In this document: in pieces, positions 1 to 8,527 of the stretch
Numbering within the stretch: the first letter of the stretch is position 1
How the letters are laid out: each line of letters begins with the position of its first letter
DNA from: a bacterium
GTDB lineage: Bacteria > UBA8248
Length of the DNA: 64,000 nucleotides
NCBI GenBank assembly: GCA_965261085.1
Contig: OZ253442.1
Location: 512,001 to 576,000, forward strand
Direction of reading: 5' to 3'
The notes under the pieces: generated by a model
Databases searched by the model: none
The model's input: only the letters and a program-made list of their open reading frames with translations
What the model was told of the DNA's origin: nothing
Program-made: the position numbers and the translations under genes

Positions 1-254
1 TCGTGGTGAATCTGGTGCCCGCTTTTCTGGGCGTGTCGCTTGGCGTCTACTTTATCGGCACGTTCCTGGGGATAATCCCCGGGTCGTTCGTCTTCGCCTC
101 GGTGGGCGCAGGGCTCGGCAGCTTATTCGAGGCGGGGGGCGAGTTCTCCGCCAAGGGAATACTCACGCCACAGGTCATCATCGCGCTGGTGGGACTCGCA
201 GCGCTCTCGCTCATCCCCGTGATCTACAAGAAGCTCAAGTCGAAAAAAGACTGA
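1..254 (+). CDS. C-terminal part of a TVP38/TMEM64 (VTT/DedA-like) membrane protein, truncated by the window edge
   Basis: Hydrophobic ORF NLVPAFLGVSLGVYFIGTFLGIIPGSFVF resembles the VTT-domain C-terminus; stop at 252-254. Confidence 0.75.
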   Translation, partial: VVNLVPAFLGVSLGVYFIGTFLGIIPGSFVFASVGAGLGSLFEAGGEFSAKGILTPQVIIALVGLAALSLIPVIYKKLKSKKD

Positions 255-261
255 CCCCGCC

Positions 262-1104
262 TCAGTGCGGCTTATCTGCCGTGAACAGGTACCTGTAATG
301 CGCGAAGAAATAAGCGCCCGCCTCGCCTTGTTCCCGCACGTCGTCCGCCCAGGCATCCACCTCTTCCTGCGTGAGACCAGTGCGCCCCGGGACGACGCCC
401 TGAATCAGGCGGATGAAGTGAAAGCTGAAGCCCTCGGGCCCGTAGACGGTGTTGAGAACGGGAATCGCGTGGGCGGAAGCATCGAGGAAGCCCGCCGCCT
501 CGAGCTTGGACTTGAGCGTGAGCGGAAGCCTCAGATGGGCGAAGCCCTCCAGCCAGCCAGCCATCACCCGCTCGCAGAGCGCCGCATCCTTACAGTGCCA
601 CGTCGTGGCGCCCCAGTCGGCGTCGCTGACCGCGAGTCGTCCACCGGGCTTCAACACGCGGTGAATCTCGCGCAAGGCCGCATCCACGTCAGCCACGAAC
701 TCGAGCGTCTGTACGCTCACGCAGGCGTCGAAATCCCCATCTTCGAACGGGAGTGATACGGCGTCGGCGATTTGAAAGTCGACCCAGGGTTTATCGGCGC
801 AGCGCGCCCGGGCGATCTCGATCATCGATTCGCTCAGGTCGACGCCGCGCACGCATCCGGTGGGGCCGACCATTTGCGCCATCTCATCGGCGAATAGACC
901 GGGGCCCGAGCCCACGTCCAGAACGCCCGCGCCGGCGGCGAGGCCTAACGCCTCTATCGTCCGCCGTCTGACCTCCACCATGTCCCGAGTCTGGTATATG
1001 GCTTCGGCCCGGCGCGAGGCGTTCTCATCAAAATCCATCGTGTCGCTCACAGGCGCGCTCCGGTCAGGGGGTTCATTATCTCTGGACGGGTTCGGTTTGC
1101 GCAT
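262..1104 (-). CDS. Class I SAM-dependent methyltransferase (UbiE/Methyltransf_11-like)
   Basis: VLDVGSGPG motif I, GVDLS, ADAVSLPFEDGDFD, RVLKPGG; the start could be 1050 or 1038. Confidence 0.9.
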   Translation of the reverse strand: MRKPNPSRDNEPPDRSAPVSDTMDFDENASRRAEAIYQTRDMVEVRRRTIEALGLAAGAGVLDVGSGPGLFADEMAQMVGPTGCVRGVDLSESMIEIARARCADKPWVDFQIADAVSLPFEDGDFDACVSVQTLEFVADVDAALREIHRVLKPGGRLAVSDADWGATTWHCKDAALCERVMAGWLEGFAHLRLPLTLKSKLEAAGFLDASAHAIPVLNTVYGPEGFSFHFIRLIQGVVPGRTGLTQEEVDAWADDVREQGEAGAYFFAHYRYLFTADKPH

Positions 1105-1110
1105 TCTCCC

Positions 1111-1138
1111 GTAGGGGCGGTTCGCGAACCGCCCCTAC
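1111..1138. repeat. Perfect 28-bp palindrome, GTAG-type REP-like element
   Basis: GTAGGGGCGGTTCG-CGAACCGCCCCTAC; related to elements at 6321, 57249 and 60128. Confidence 0.85.
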
Positions 1139-1191
1139 CTCTTTTCGGGAACCGCGATTGATTACCGGAGAAATCCGCCGGAGAGAACCTT

Positions 1192-1587
1192 CTACGCGTC
1201 CTTGAAATACTCTGTGTCCTCGGGCCGGGGCTTCCAGTTGGGGTTGGTGGGCCATTCCAGGTGGCGCGAAACCTTATCGCCGCCGTAGCGCACCCGGTAG
1301 AGCAGCGTGCGCTCCGAGCCGTTGGTGTATTCATGCGCCTCGCCCGGAGGGTGAACGATGAAAGAACCGGGGATGACGTCCACTTCGCCGGTGGGGGTCT
1401 TCATCCTGCCGCCGCCCTTGTAGCAGAAATAAATCTCCGTCGCGTGGGGGTGGCAATGGTAGGGGCTCACCTGCCCGGGCTCCCAGCAGGCCACCGTCAC
1501 GTCGCCCTCCTCGAAGCGGCCCAAAATCTTCTCCACGTGCTTTTCCTTGCTGAATTCCTTTTCTTTCTCCAGATCGAAAACGTGCAT
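1192..1587 (-). CDS. Cupin domain protein
   Basis: PYHCHPHATEIYF and PPGEAHEY cupin motifs 1 and 2. Confidence 0.85.
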   Translation of the reverse strand: MHVFDLEKEKEFSKEKHVEKILGRFEEGDVTVACWEPGQVSPYHCHPHATEIYFCYKGGGRMKTPTGEVDVIPGSFIVHPPGEAHEYTNGSERTLLYRVRYGGDKVSRHLEWPTNPNWKPRPEDTEYFKDA

Positions 1588-1651
1588 CTTCTTCTCCTGT
1601 GTGCGTGACTACAAAACAAGCCGCTCGATAAGCGGCCCTCATGAACTCCCT

Positions 1652-3016
1652 CTACAATTGGCTAAACTCCTCACATATCGCGGCCATCCACTTGGCCCCG
1701 TCTATCAAGTCTGCGATTTTCAGGTTCTCGTTCGCGCTGTGCGTGCGCGAGGTAATGCGGCCCACGCCGGTGGAAGACAGCGGCATCCCCAGATGCTTGA
1801 GGACAATCCAGGTCGGCGTGCTCCCGCTTCCAAACGGATTGATAATGGCGTCCTCCCCGTAAAGCCTCTGCGACGCTGCGTTGCACGCCTTGACGACCTC
1901 GGCCTCGGGGTCGCTCTTCGCCGGATAGGAGGTGAACAGAAGCTCCACGCCGATGTCCTCGAAGCCGTGCTTGTCCAGATGCGCGCGCACGCAGTCCCTT
2001 ATCTTGTAAGGGTCCTGGTTCGGCACGAGGCGACAGTCCACCTTGGCCCGCGCGCGGGCGGAGACGATGGTCTTCACCCCCTCGCCGGTGTAGCCGCCGT
2101 CAAAGCCCGCGATGTTGAAGGTGGGGTTCGCGAGATGGCGGCGGGGGAGGTCCTCGTCCTTGAGATCGAGGAGGAATTTACGCAACTCGAACTTCTCGAG
2201 CCGCTCGGCGCCGTTGTAGGGCGGCACGCGGCGGATGAGTTCGTCTTCTATCTCCGTGATGGGCAGCACGTCGTCATAAAAGCCCTCCACCAGCACGTTC
2301 TCGTCCCGGTCCTTCATGGTCGAGAGCGCCCACGTTATCCGCCAGGCCGCGTTCTCGTAAATCTGGGCGTTCGAGCTGTGGAAATCCACGTTCGCCGTCC
2401 GGCACGTGAGCTCCATGTAGCAAAGGCCCTTGTTGCCGAGCGAGAGCACGGGGATGTCCACCCGCGTGGTGTTGTCCTCCCAGACGCAGCCGTCCGCCGC
2501 GAGCAAATCCGCGTTTTCCTTCACGAAAGGCTCGAGCGAGGGGCTTCCCACCTCTTCTTCTCCCTCGATGATGTACTTGACCGAGCAGGGAAGCTCGCCG
2601 CGCACCGCAAGGAACGCCTCGAACGCCGCCAAGCGGCTCATGATGTTGCCCTTGTTGTCCGTCGCGCCGCGCGCGATGACGTGGCCATCGACCACCTCGG
2701 CGTCAAAGGGCGGGCTGCTCCACTCAGAAAGCGGTTCCGCCGGCTGCACGTCGTAGTGGTTGTAGAAGAGAAGCGTCTTATCCCCTCTTCCTTTAAGACG
2801 CGCGGTGAGAATCGGGTTGCCCCCCGTCTCATGGAGCGTCGTCTCTAAGCCCGAGCGCGCCACGCGGGCTTCCAGCAGGGCGGACATCTCCCGCACGCCG
2901 ACGTTGGTCGTCGAGATGCTCGGCTGGCGGCAGAGTTCCTGCAAATCCGCCACGAAGCGCTCCGCATTCGTATCGATATAGTCCAGCACGGCGCCGAAGT
3001 CTTTTCCCTCGCTCAT
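1652..3016 (-). CDS. M20/M25/M40 family metallo-peptidase/deacylase
   Basis: YNHYDVQP, ARGATDNKG, EGEEEVGS, THSANEN; start set at MSEGK after a GAGGAG RBS. Confidence 0.93.
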   Translation of the reverse strand: MSEGKDFGAVLDYIDTNAERFVADLQELCRQPSISTTNVGVREMSALLEARVARSGLETTLHETGGNPILTARLKGRGDKTLLFYNHYDVQPAEPLSEWSSPPFDAEVVDGHVIARGATDNKGNIMSRLAAFEAFLAVRGELPCSVKYIIEGEEEVGSPSLEPFVKENADLLAADGCVWEDNTTRVDIPVLSLGNKGLCYMELTCRTANVDFHSSNAQIYENAAWRITWALSTMKDRDENVLVEGFYDDVLPITEIEDELIRRVPPYNGAERLEKFELRKFLLDLKDEDLPRRHLANPTFNIAGFDGGYTGEGVKTIVSARARAKVDCRLVPNQDPYKIRDCVRAHLDKHGFEDIGVELLFTSYPAKSDPEAEVVKACNAASQRLYGEDAIINPFGSGSTPTWIVLKHLGMPLSSTGVGRITSRTHSANENLKIADLIDGAKWMAAICEEFSQL

Positions 3017-3194
3017 CACACACTCCTCTTTCCGCAAAATGTCCGCGGTTCGCTCTTCGGTTTGATTATCAGCGTGGAACAAAGATATGATCCTCAGCGC
3101 TTACATTCAACCCGAAAACCCGCATTCGCGCGACTTGAAACCGGGCGTTCATCCGCTCCGGCGCATACCGAATGCGGCCCAAAGGAGGACATTC

Positions 3195-4370
3195 ATGCCC
3201 GAAGCACCCGCGAACACGAACTGGTTCACATACTTTCCCGAGGACTACCGCTGGTCGGCCGCCATCTGCGGCATGGTGTCGAGCGCGCAGTGGGGCGGGA
3301 CCGAAATCGGCGAAGTCGACAAGGTCTGCCGCCGCCTCTACAAGAGCCTGGGCGACGACGACTTGTGGTTCGACGAGTGGGACCGCATGGGCGACATCGT
3401 GCGGGATCTGGGCCGCGCCGCCGAGGAGAAAAACCAGAACCTCTCCGCCGCCTCCCACTACAAGCGCGCCACCTGCTACTACCAGATGGCCGAGCGCTTC
3501 AGAACGCCCAAGGACGAGCGTGCGCTGGCCACGTTCGAGAAATCACTCGATTGCTTCCGCCGCTTCGCCCGCCTGACGGACAGACCCAGAATCGAGGCCG
3601 TGGAGGTTCCCTTCGAGGGCGGAAAACACCTGCCCGGCTATCTGGTGCACGCCGAGAACACGAACGAGAGCAAACCCCCCGTCGTGGTCTTTTTCGACGG
3701 GCTCGACGTGAACAAGGAACTCCAGTACACGCGCGGCGTGGAAGACCTCGTGCGCCGGGGCATGAGCTGTCTGGTGATGGACGGCCCCGGCACGGGCGAG
3801 GCCATCCGCCTGCGCGAGATCTACCTGCGCCCCGATTACGAGGTCGCTGGCTCGGCCGCGCTCGATTACTTAGAATCCAGGGACGACGTGGACGCGAACC
3901 GCGCGGGCGTCATGGCCATCAGCCTGGGCGGCTACTACGCGCCGCGCATCGCCGGCATGGAGCCGCGCTACAAGGCGTGTCTCGCCTGGGGGGCGATTTG
4001 GGATTACTACGCCACCTGGAAAAAGCGCATCGACGCCTCCTTCAAGGCGGAACTCTCCGTTCCGGGCCATCACATCCAGTGGATACTGAACGCGGACTCG
4101 CTCGATGACGCCCTGGCCAAGCTAGACGGCTTCCGGCTCGACGGCGTCGTGCAGAAGATGCGGTGTCCGTTCCTCGTCACGCACGGGGAGGACGACAAGC
4201 AGATTCCCTTAGAAGACGCGCAAGCGCTCTATAACGCCGTCGGCTCGGAAGACAAGACGCTTAGGGTGTTCACCGTGGAAGAAGGCGGCGCCCAGCACTG
4301 CCAGCGCGACAACTACGCCATCGGCGCGACCTACATGTTCGACTGGCTCCAGGAGAAACTCTGCGGGTAG
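3195..4370 (+). CDS. Alpha/beta hydrolase, 2,6-dihydroxy-pseudo-oxynicotine hydrolase/FrsA-like (paralogue 1)
   Basis: FDGLD, DGPGTGE, nucleophile elbow AISLGGYY, HGEDD, QHC; AGGAGG RBS before ATG 3195. Confidence 0.88.
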   Translation: MPEAPANTNWFTYFPEDYRWSAAICGMVSSAQWGGTEIGEVDKVCRRLYKSLGDDDLWFDEWDRMGDIVRDLGRAAEEKNQNLSAASHYKRATCYYQMAERFRTPKDERALATFEKSLDCFRRFARLTDRPRIEAVEVPFEGGKHLPGYLVHAENTNESKPPVVVFFDGLDVNKELQYTRGVEDLVRRGMSCLVMDGPGTGEAIRLREIYLRPDYEVAGSAALDYLESRDDVDANRAGVMAISLGGYYAPRIAGMEPRYKACLAWGAIWDYYATWKKRIDASFKAELSVPGHHIQWILNADSLDDALAKLDGFRLDGVVQKMRCPFLVTHGEDDKQIPLEDAQALYNAVGSEDKTLRVFTVEEGGAQHCQRDNYAIGATYMFDWLQEKLCG

Positions 4371-4482
4371 GAATGAGGTAACAGTCGTCATTTTTCTTTC
4401 TTTTAAGAGGCGAGCCTATCTAGGTTCTTCTAGATTGAAAGCACATCAGTTTTTTAACTGAGTCTCGGGAGCAATATGGTCC

Positions 4483-5106
4483 ATGTCTCTATCTCAAGCC
4501 ATTTCGCAAGCCAAAGACTTAGGAATATGGCTGCAAGAAAAAACAAACGGCAGAAACTTCGCTGTTGATAGAAGGGGAAAAGTGGCAGTAGCCCTCTTGC
4601 AGCACTCTTTGGATGTCGCCGACGCGATTATCATTTTAGCGACTAAACTGCCAGGACCTGCTTTGGCGCTTGCGAGGCCTCTATTGGAAAGTTTTGTTCG
4701 TGGTGTTTGGATGTTGAAGTGCGCGACTGATGAACAAATCGAGCGATTTGCCGAGGGGAACCCTCCAGGGTTTTCTGACTTATTACAGGCAATGAACGAT
4801 GACGACACAGCGAAAATTCATGCTTCTTGGATTCGCCAAAATATGGCAGCAAACAAAAAGTATTTTCACGATTTCACTCATGGCGGGATTAAACACGCCC
4901 TGCGGCGGATAGGCGAAACTGCGATTGAGCCAAACTATCCTGAACATGAACTGGAATACTTGGTAGGACTTGTAATCGAAACTTATATTCGCGTTGGTTA
5001 CGAGCTTTTTCTTTTTCTGGACGACAAAGAAGTAATTAAACAACTTGATGAAAAAATATCTACTCTTTCTCGCTCCCCTATCGAACAAGGTAATTCGCTG
5101 GAATAA
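4483..5106 (+). CDS. Hypothetical helical protein (DUF5677/DUF6988-like), AT-rich
   Basis: 207-aa ORF with ALALARPLLESFVRGVW and FHDFTHGG motifs; visibly lower GC than its neighbours. Confidence 0.65.
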   Translation: MSLSQAISQAKDLGIWLQEKTNGRNFAVDRRGKVAVALLQHSLDVADAIIILATKLPGPALALARPLLESFVRGVWMLKCATDEQIERFAEGNPPGFSDLLQAMNDDDTAKIHASWIRQNMAANKKYFHDFTHGGIKHALRRIGETAIEPNYPEHELEYLVGLVIETYIRVGYELFLFLDDKEVIKQLDEKISTLSRSPIEQGNSLE

Positions 5107-5166
5107 AAAAGGTCTTTATAGGGACAGGTCGCTGCGCTTACTGAGGGATGGCGAACAAATTGGAAC

Positions 5167-5333
5167 CACTCCCCCCTTGAGGGGGAGTCGCTGAAGCCGA
5201 GCGTTGTACGCGAAGGCTGATGCGGTGGGGGGAATGATTATCGAACGAAGCTCTCACAAAATAAAAAGTCCCCCCACCGGCGCGACTTCAGGCTTCGCCT
5301 TCGTCTTGCCGACTCCCCCTCAAGGGGGGAGTG
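5167..5333. repeat. MITE/REP-like hairpin element with perfect 24-bp terminal inverted repeats
   Basis: CACTCCCCCCTTGAGGGGGAGTCG (5167-5190) and its reverse complement (5310-5333); internal CGGTGGGGGGA/TCCCCCCACCG pairing. Confidence 0.85.
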
Positions 5334-5397
5334 ATTGGGGATGTGCCCAAATGAAGGCGATGAATCACGCGGACTCAAGATCCGCTTACAGCAGCCC

Positions 5398-6324
5398 ATG
5401 ACCCTCTTCCGCACCCACGTCATCGTCGACTGGTCGGCGCGCTCGACACCGAGCCCCGACCTTCCCGCCAAAGACGCCATCTGGTGGGCCGTCGCCCGGG
5501 ACGGCATTGTGGACGAACCCGCCTACGCCCGCACCCGCCACGACGCGGTGGAGCGCTTGGCCGCCCTCATTGCCGCAGAACTCGACGCCGCCCGCCAGGT
5601 ATTGATCGGTTTTGATTTTCCCTTCGGATACCCCGCCGGAGTCGCGGCGCACCTGACGGGCCAGGCCTCTGCCTTAGCACTCTGGAACTGGCTCGCAGTC
5701 CTCATCGAAGACGCCGGGGATAACACCAATAATCGTTTTGCAGTCGCGGAGGAGATCAACCGCGCCTATCCGGGGCTCGGGCCTTTCTGGGGCCGACCGG
5801 GAACCTGGCCATACCCGGAGGTGCCGACCCGCGAATCGAGCCGCACGGGCCGGGAGGCTCACCCTCCCGAGAGACGCATTGCCGATCGCCGCGCAATAGG
5901 AGCCAAGACCGTCTGGCAACTGTTCTACGCCGGGTCGGTCGGCTCACAGGTGCTACTGGGTCTCCCCGCTCTTAAACGCCTGATGGAGGACCCGCGCTTG
6001 AAAGGCCGTGCTGCCGTCTGGCCCTTCGATACAGGTCTCCGCGCGCCCCAAGCGCCCGCCGTGATCGCCGAAATCTATCCCTCCCTACTCAGGCGAGAGG
6101 TTAAAGAACGCAAGAATGAGGGCGAGATACCAGACGCCGCCCAGGTTCGCGTGAACGCGGAGGCCTTCGCCCGGCTCGATGCTCAGGAAGGGCTAGTCCC
6201 ATTGTTCCAAGGCGCTCCTTTTCTCGACGCCACCGAGCGCCGTATCATCGAAACCGAGGAAGCATGGATACTCGGCCTCGGCCATGAAAAGGAACTCAAA
6301 AAGGCGCTGGGCCAGTCTTGGTAG
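5398..6324 (+). CDS. DUF429-like / RNase H-fold protein (family often labelled CbiG or molybdopterin-guanine synthesis protein)
   Basis: IVDWSA, GFDFPFGYP, AEIYPS, PDAAQV acidic motifs. Confidence 0.65.
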   Translation: MTLFRTHVIVDWSARSTPSPDLPAKDAIWWAVARDGIVDEPAYARTRHDAVERLAALIAAELDAARQVLIGFDFPFGYPAGVAAHLTGQASALALWNWLAVLIEDAGDNTNNRFAVAEEINRAYPGLGPFWGRPGTWPYPEVPTRESSRTGREAHPPERRIADRRAIGAKTVWQLFYAGSVGSQVLLGLPALKRLMEDPRLKGRAAVWPFDTGLRAPQAPAVIAEIYPSLLRREVKERKNEGEIPDAAQVRVNAEAFARLDAQEGLVPLFQGAPFLDATERRIIETEEAWILGLGHEKELKKALGQSW

Positions 6325-6395
6325 GGCAATCCTTTCGGGTTGTCCTGCCGCCGTGGCTGCCCTTCGCAAGGACAGGCACGAGGACCTGTCCCTAC
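6321..6395. repeat. GTAG-type REP doublet
   Basis: GTAG-GGCAATCCtttcGGGTTGTCC ... GGACAGGcacgaggaCCTGTCC-CTAC; overlaps the upstream stop codon. Confidence 0.7.
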
Positions 6396-6500
6396 GATTT
6401 TACGATGTTTTGAAAAGAGCATGGATTTTAAACCTTCATGCCTGCGCTACAAACGTACGGTTTCATTCCGTGCTCACACCAATCTGATAGAGAGATGCCC

Positions 6501-6923
6501 TCACGCACCCGCCCACGGGTCTATCACATCAACCCCGGTTTCGGAGAAATCCCGGACGTTTCGCGTCGCCACGGCCATCCCGCGCGCGAGCGCGATCGCC
6601 GCGATCTGGCAATCCGACTGCGAGATCGGCCGTCCGGCAGCGCGGCGGGCGGCGGCAACCTCCGCATAGGCGCACGCCGCGCCGCTGTCAAACGGTAGAA
6701 CGCGGTCTGCGAACAAACTGCCGAGAGTTCGTTCGACGGCGTCCACAAGACCCCGGCGGCGTGCGCCTTCGGGCAAAAAAGCAATGCCGGTGCGGACTTC
6801 CGCCTCCGTAATCGCCGTCACGAACAATTCCCGGGATGGCTGGTTGTCCACCCAGGCAAGAACCTCCGGATTCGGGGAGACGAGCATCAAGTCGGACACC
6901 ACATTCGTATCGAGCAATACCAT
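6501..6923 (-). CDS. vapC: PIN-domain toxin, VapC/FitB family
   Basis: LLDTNVVS, TAITEAE, DCQIAAIA, ATRNVRDF. Confidence 0.93.
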   Translation of the reverse strand: MVLLDTNVVSDLMLVSPNPEVLAWVDNQPSRELFVTAITEAEVRTGIAFLPEGARRRGLVDAVERTLGSLFADRVLPFDSGAACAYAEVAAARRAAGRPISQSDCQIAAIALARGMAVATRNVRDFSETGVDVIDPWAGA

Positions 6924-6932
6924 CGCCGCTCC

Positions 6933-7178
6933 TCAATCGAAGCGGGGCGGTTCGCGCATCGGCTCGCGCGGCGGCAACTCCAACTCAACGCCGCCTAAGG
7001 GCTTGAACCGTTCGTGGATCGCCGTGCCCAGACCATTCGCGGGCACTTCTTCCCGCCCGACGGCCTCGCGCAGGATCTGGCGCGCCTCTTCTTCCATCGA
7101 GCGACCTTTCTCCGCCGCCCGCATGCGAAGGCGGGTTTTCACGTCATCGTCGAGATTGCGGATCGTGATGCTCGCCAT
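6933..7178 (-). CDS. Ribbon-helix-helix antitoxin, FitA-like
   Basis: MASITIRNLDDDVKTRLRMRAAEKGRSMEEEARQIL; directly upstream of the PIN toxin. Confidence 0.92.
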   Translation of the reverse strand: MASITIRNLDDDVKTRLRMRAAEKGRSMEEEARQILREAVGREEVPANGLGTAIHERFKPLGGVELELPPREPMREPPRFD

Positions 7179-7219
7179 GCTCATGCCCTCCCTCTGCGAC
7201 GCATTCTACCCTACTCGAC

Positions 7220-7234
7220 GATTGCAATGCAATC
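7220..7234. promoter_or_regulatory. Putative autoregulatory operator of the FitAB-like TA operon
   Basis: Perfect 7-1-7 palindrome GATTGCA-A-TGCAATC about 40 bp upstream of the antitoxin start. Confidence 0.5.
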
Positions 7235-7598
7235 ATCGAGTCAGGACACCCCCCGTGGTTACCTCTATAGTGAATGGTCGCGCTTACGATACCCTTACGG
7301 GAAATGGCAGCGCTTACGATAAATTGGCATCCGCTCAGCCGGGACACCCGGCCAAACCTCTCCGAGCCTTGGCGGCAGTACCGCGCTCAATTCGATAAAT
7401 GGTATCAATCCGCGGGAAAGGAACGCCTCTGGGAAGAGGCGCGGAAGTTGTGACGACGCAAGACCACTCCATTCAGCGGGTGAAGACGTATGCCGCGCCA
7501 GGGATTTTCGTGACACCATGAAGGTGATTGGTTTTACTGCTGATATGCTCACACAGTGGGTCTGTAGGTCGAGCTGAAAATCTTCCTGGATTTTGTCT

Positions 7599-7952
7599 CT
7601 ATTCTGTCGTTTCCGCCATCTTTCTCAAAGCCGGCAACAGGGCGGATATGTCTTCCTGAACGATGTTCCATATCAGGTCGCTATCAATCCCCAGGTATCC
7701 ATGAATAATGCGGTTACGCGCACCTATGATGGTTCGCCAAGGGATTTGCGGGTGGGCTTCCCGGATCGCATCCGGGATGTGGGTGGCCGCCTCGCCAATC
7801 AGTTCCAGATTTCGCAGGACCGCATCGTAAGTTCGTGAATCGGCGAGAAAATCAGATTGGTTCATTCCCTCCGTGTAGGCTTGAACCTTCTGGGAAAATT
7901 CGATCATGTCGTTCACGTATAGACGCCACTGCCGTTGTTCGGCGCTACACAC
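7599..7952 (-). CDS. hepT: HEPN ribonuclease toxin, HepT/DUF86 family
   Basis: DAVLRNLELIGEA, IPWR, RNRIIHGY (R-X4-H-X-Y). Confidence 0.92.
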   Translation of the reverse strand: MCSAEQRQWRLYVNDMIEFSQKVQAYTEGMNQSDFLADSRTYDAVLRNLELIGEAATHIPDAIREAHPQIPWRTIIGARNRIIHGYLGIDSDLIWNIVQEDISALLPALRKMAETTE

Positions 7953-8235
7953 GAACGGCTTCTTTCTCGATATACGGGCGCAACTCCGGACGCAGCGCCT
8001 TATCCGTCACCAGATCGACGGGGCGGCCCAGCAAATCCTCAAGGTAGAACTGGACGCCGAAAAATCGTTTGGACGTAGTGGGGCCGTCGAAGCGAACCAG
8101 AACGTCCACGTCGCTGTCGCTCGCCGCTTCATCACGGACAGTCGATCCGAAGAGCGCAATGTCGGCGACGCCGAACTGCTCCGCCAGTACGGACTTGTGC
8201 GCCCGCAACAGCGTCAGGGATTTGTCTTTATCCAT
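7945..8235 (-). CDS. mntA: Minimal nucleotidyltransferase antitoxin (MntA)
   Basis: LFGSTVRDEAASDSDVDVLV (GS-X10-DXD), GRPVDLVT; overlaps the HEPN gene. Confidence 0.92.
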   Translation of the reverse strand: MDKDKSLTLLRAHKSVLAEQFGVADIALFGSTVRDEAASDSDVDVLVRFDGPTTSKRFFGVQFYLEDLLGRPVDLVTDKALRPELRPYIEKEAVRV

Positions 8236-8527
8236 TGTATTCTCCGTCATCTTACGCTTACAAAATTTTCCACCTCTCAAAATACCGCGTCCCTCTCGCC
8301 CTGTCATCCGGCGTCTTGCAGCCACCTCCCCATTAACCGAACCTCTCCCCACCGGTGACGCAAAAACGATGCCGTGATATAAGTTTCGTAATTGGAACAA
8401 TGAAACGAGGAAGCACGAATTTCGAAGAAGTTCTGGATAAAAAAATCCGTTTTTCTCGATTTTCCCGCGCCACCCCTCAATAGATGCACGCACGATAACT
8501 TCTGATTTCCCGTAAGGAGAACGCCTC

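Noticed and set aside
5398-6324. Cobalamin biosynthesis gene cbiG
   Set aside because: There is no cob/cbi context and the motifs fit a DUF429/RNase H-like fold, so no symbol was assigned.
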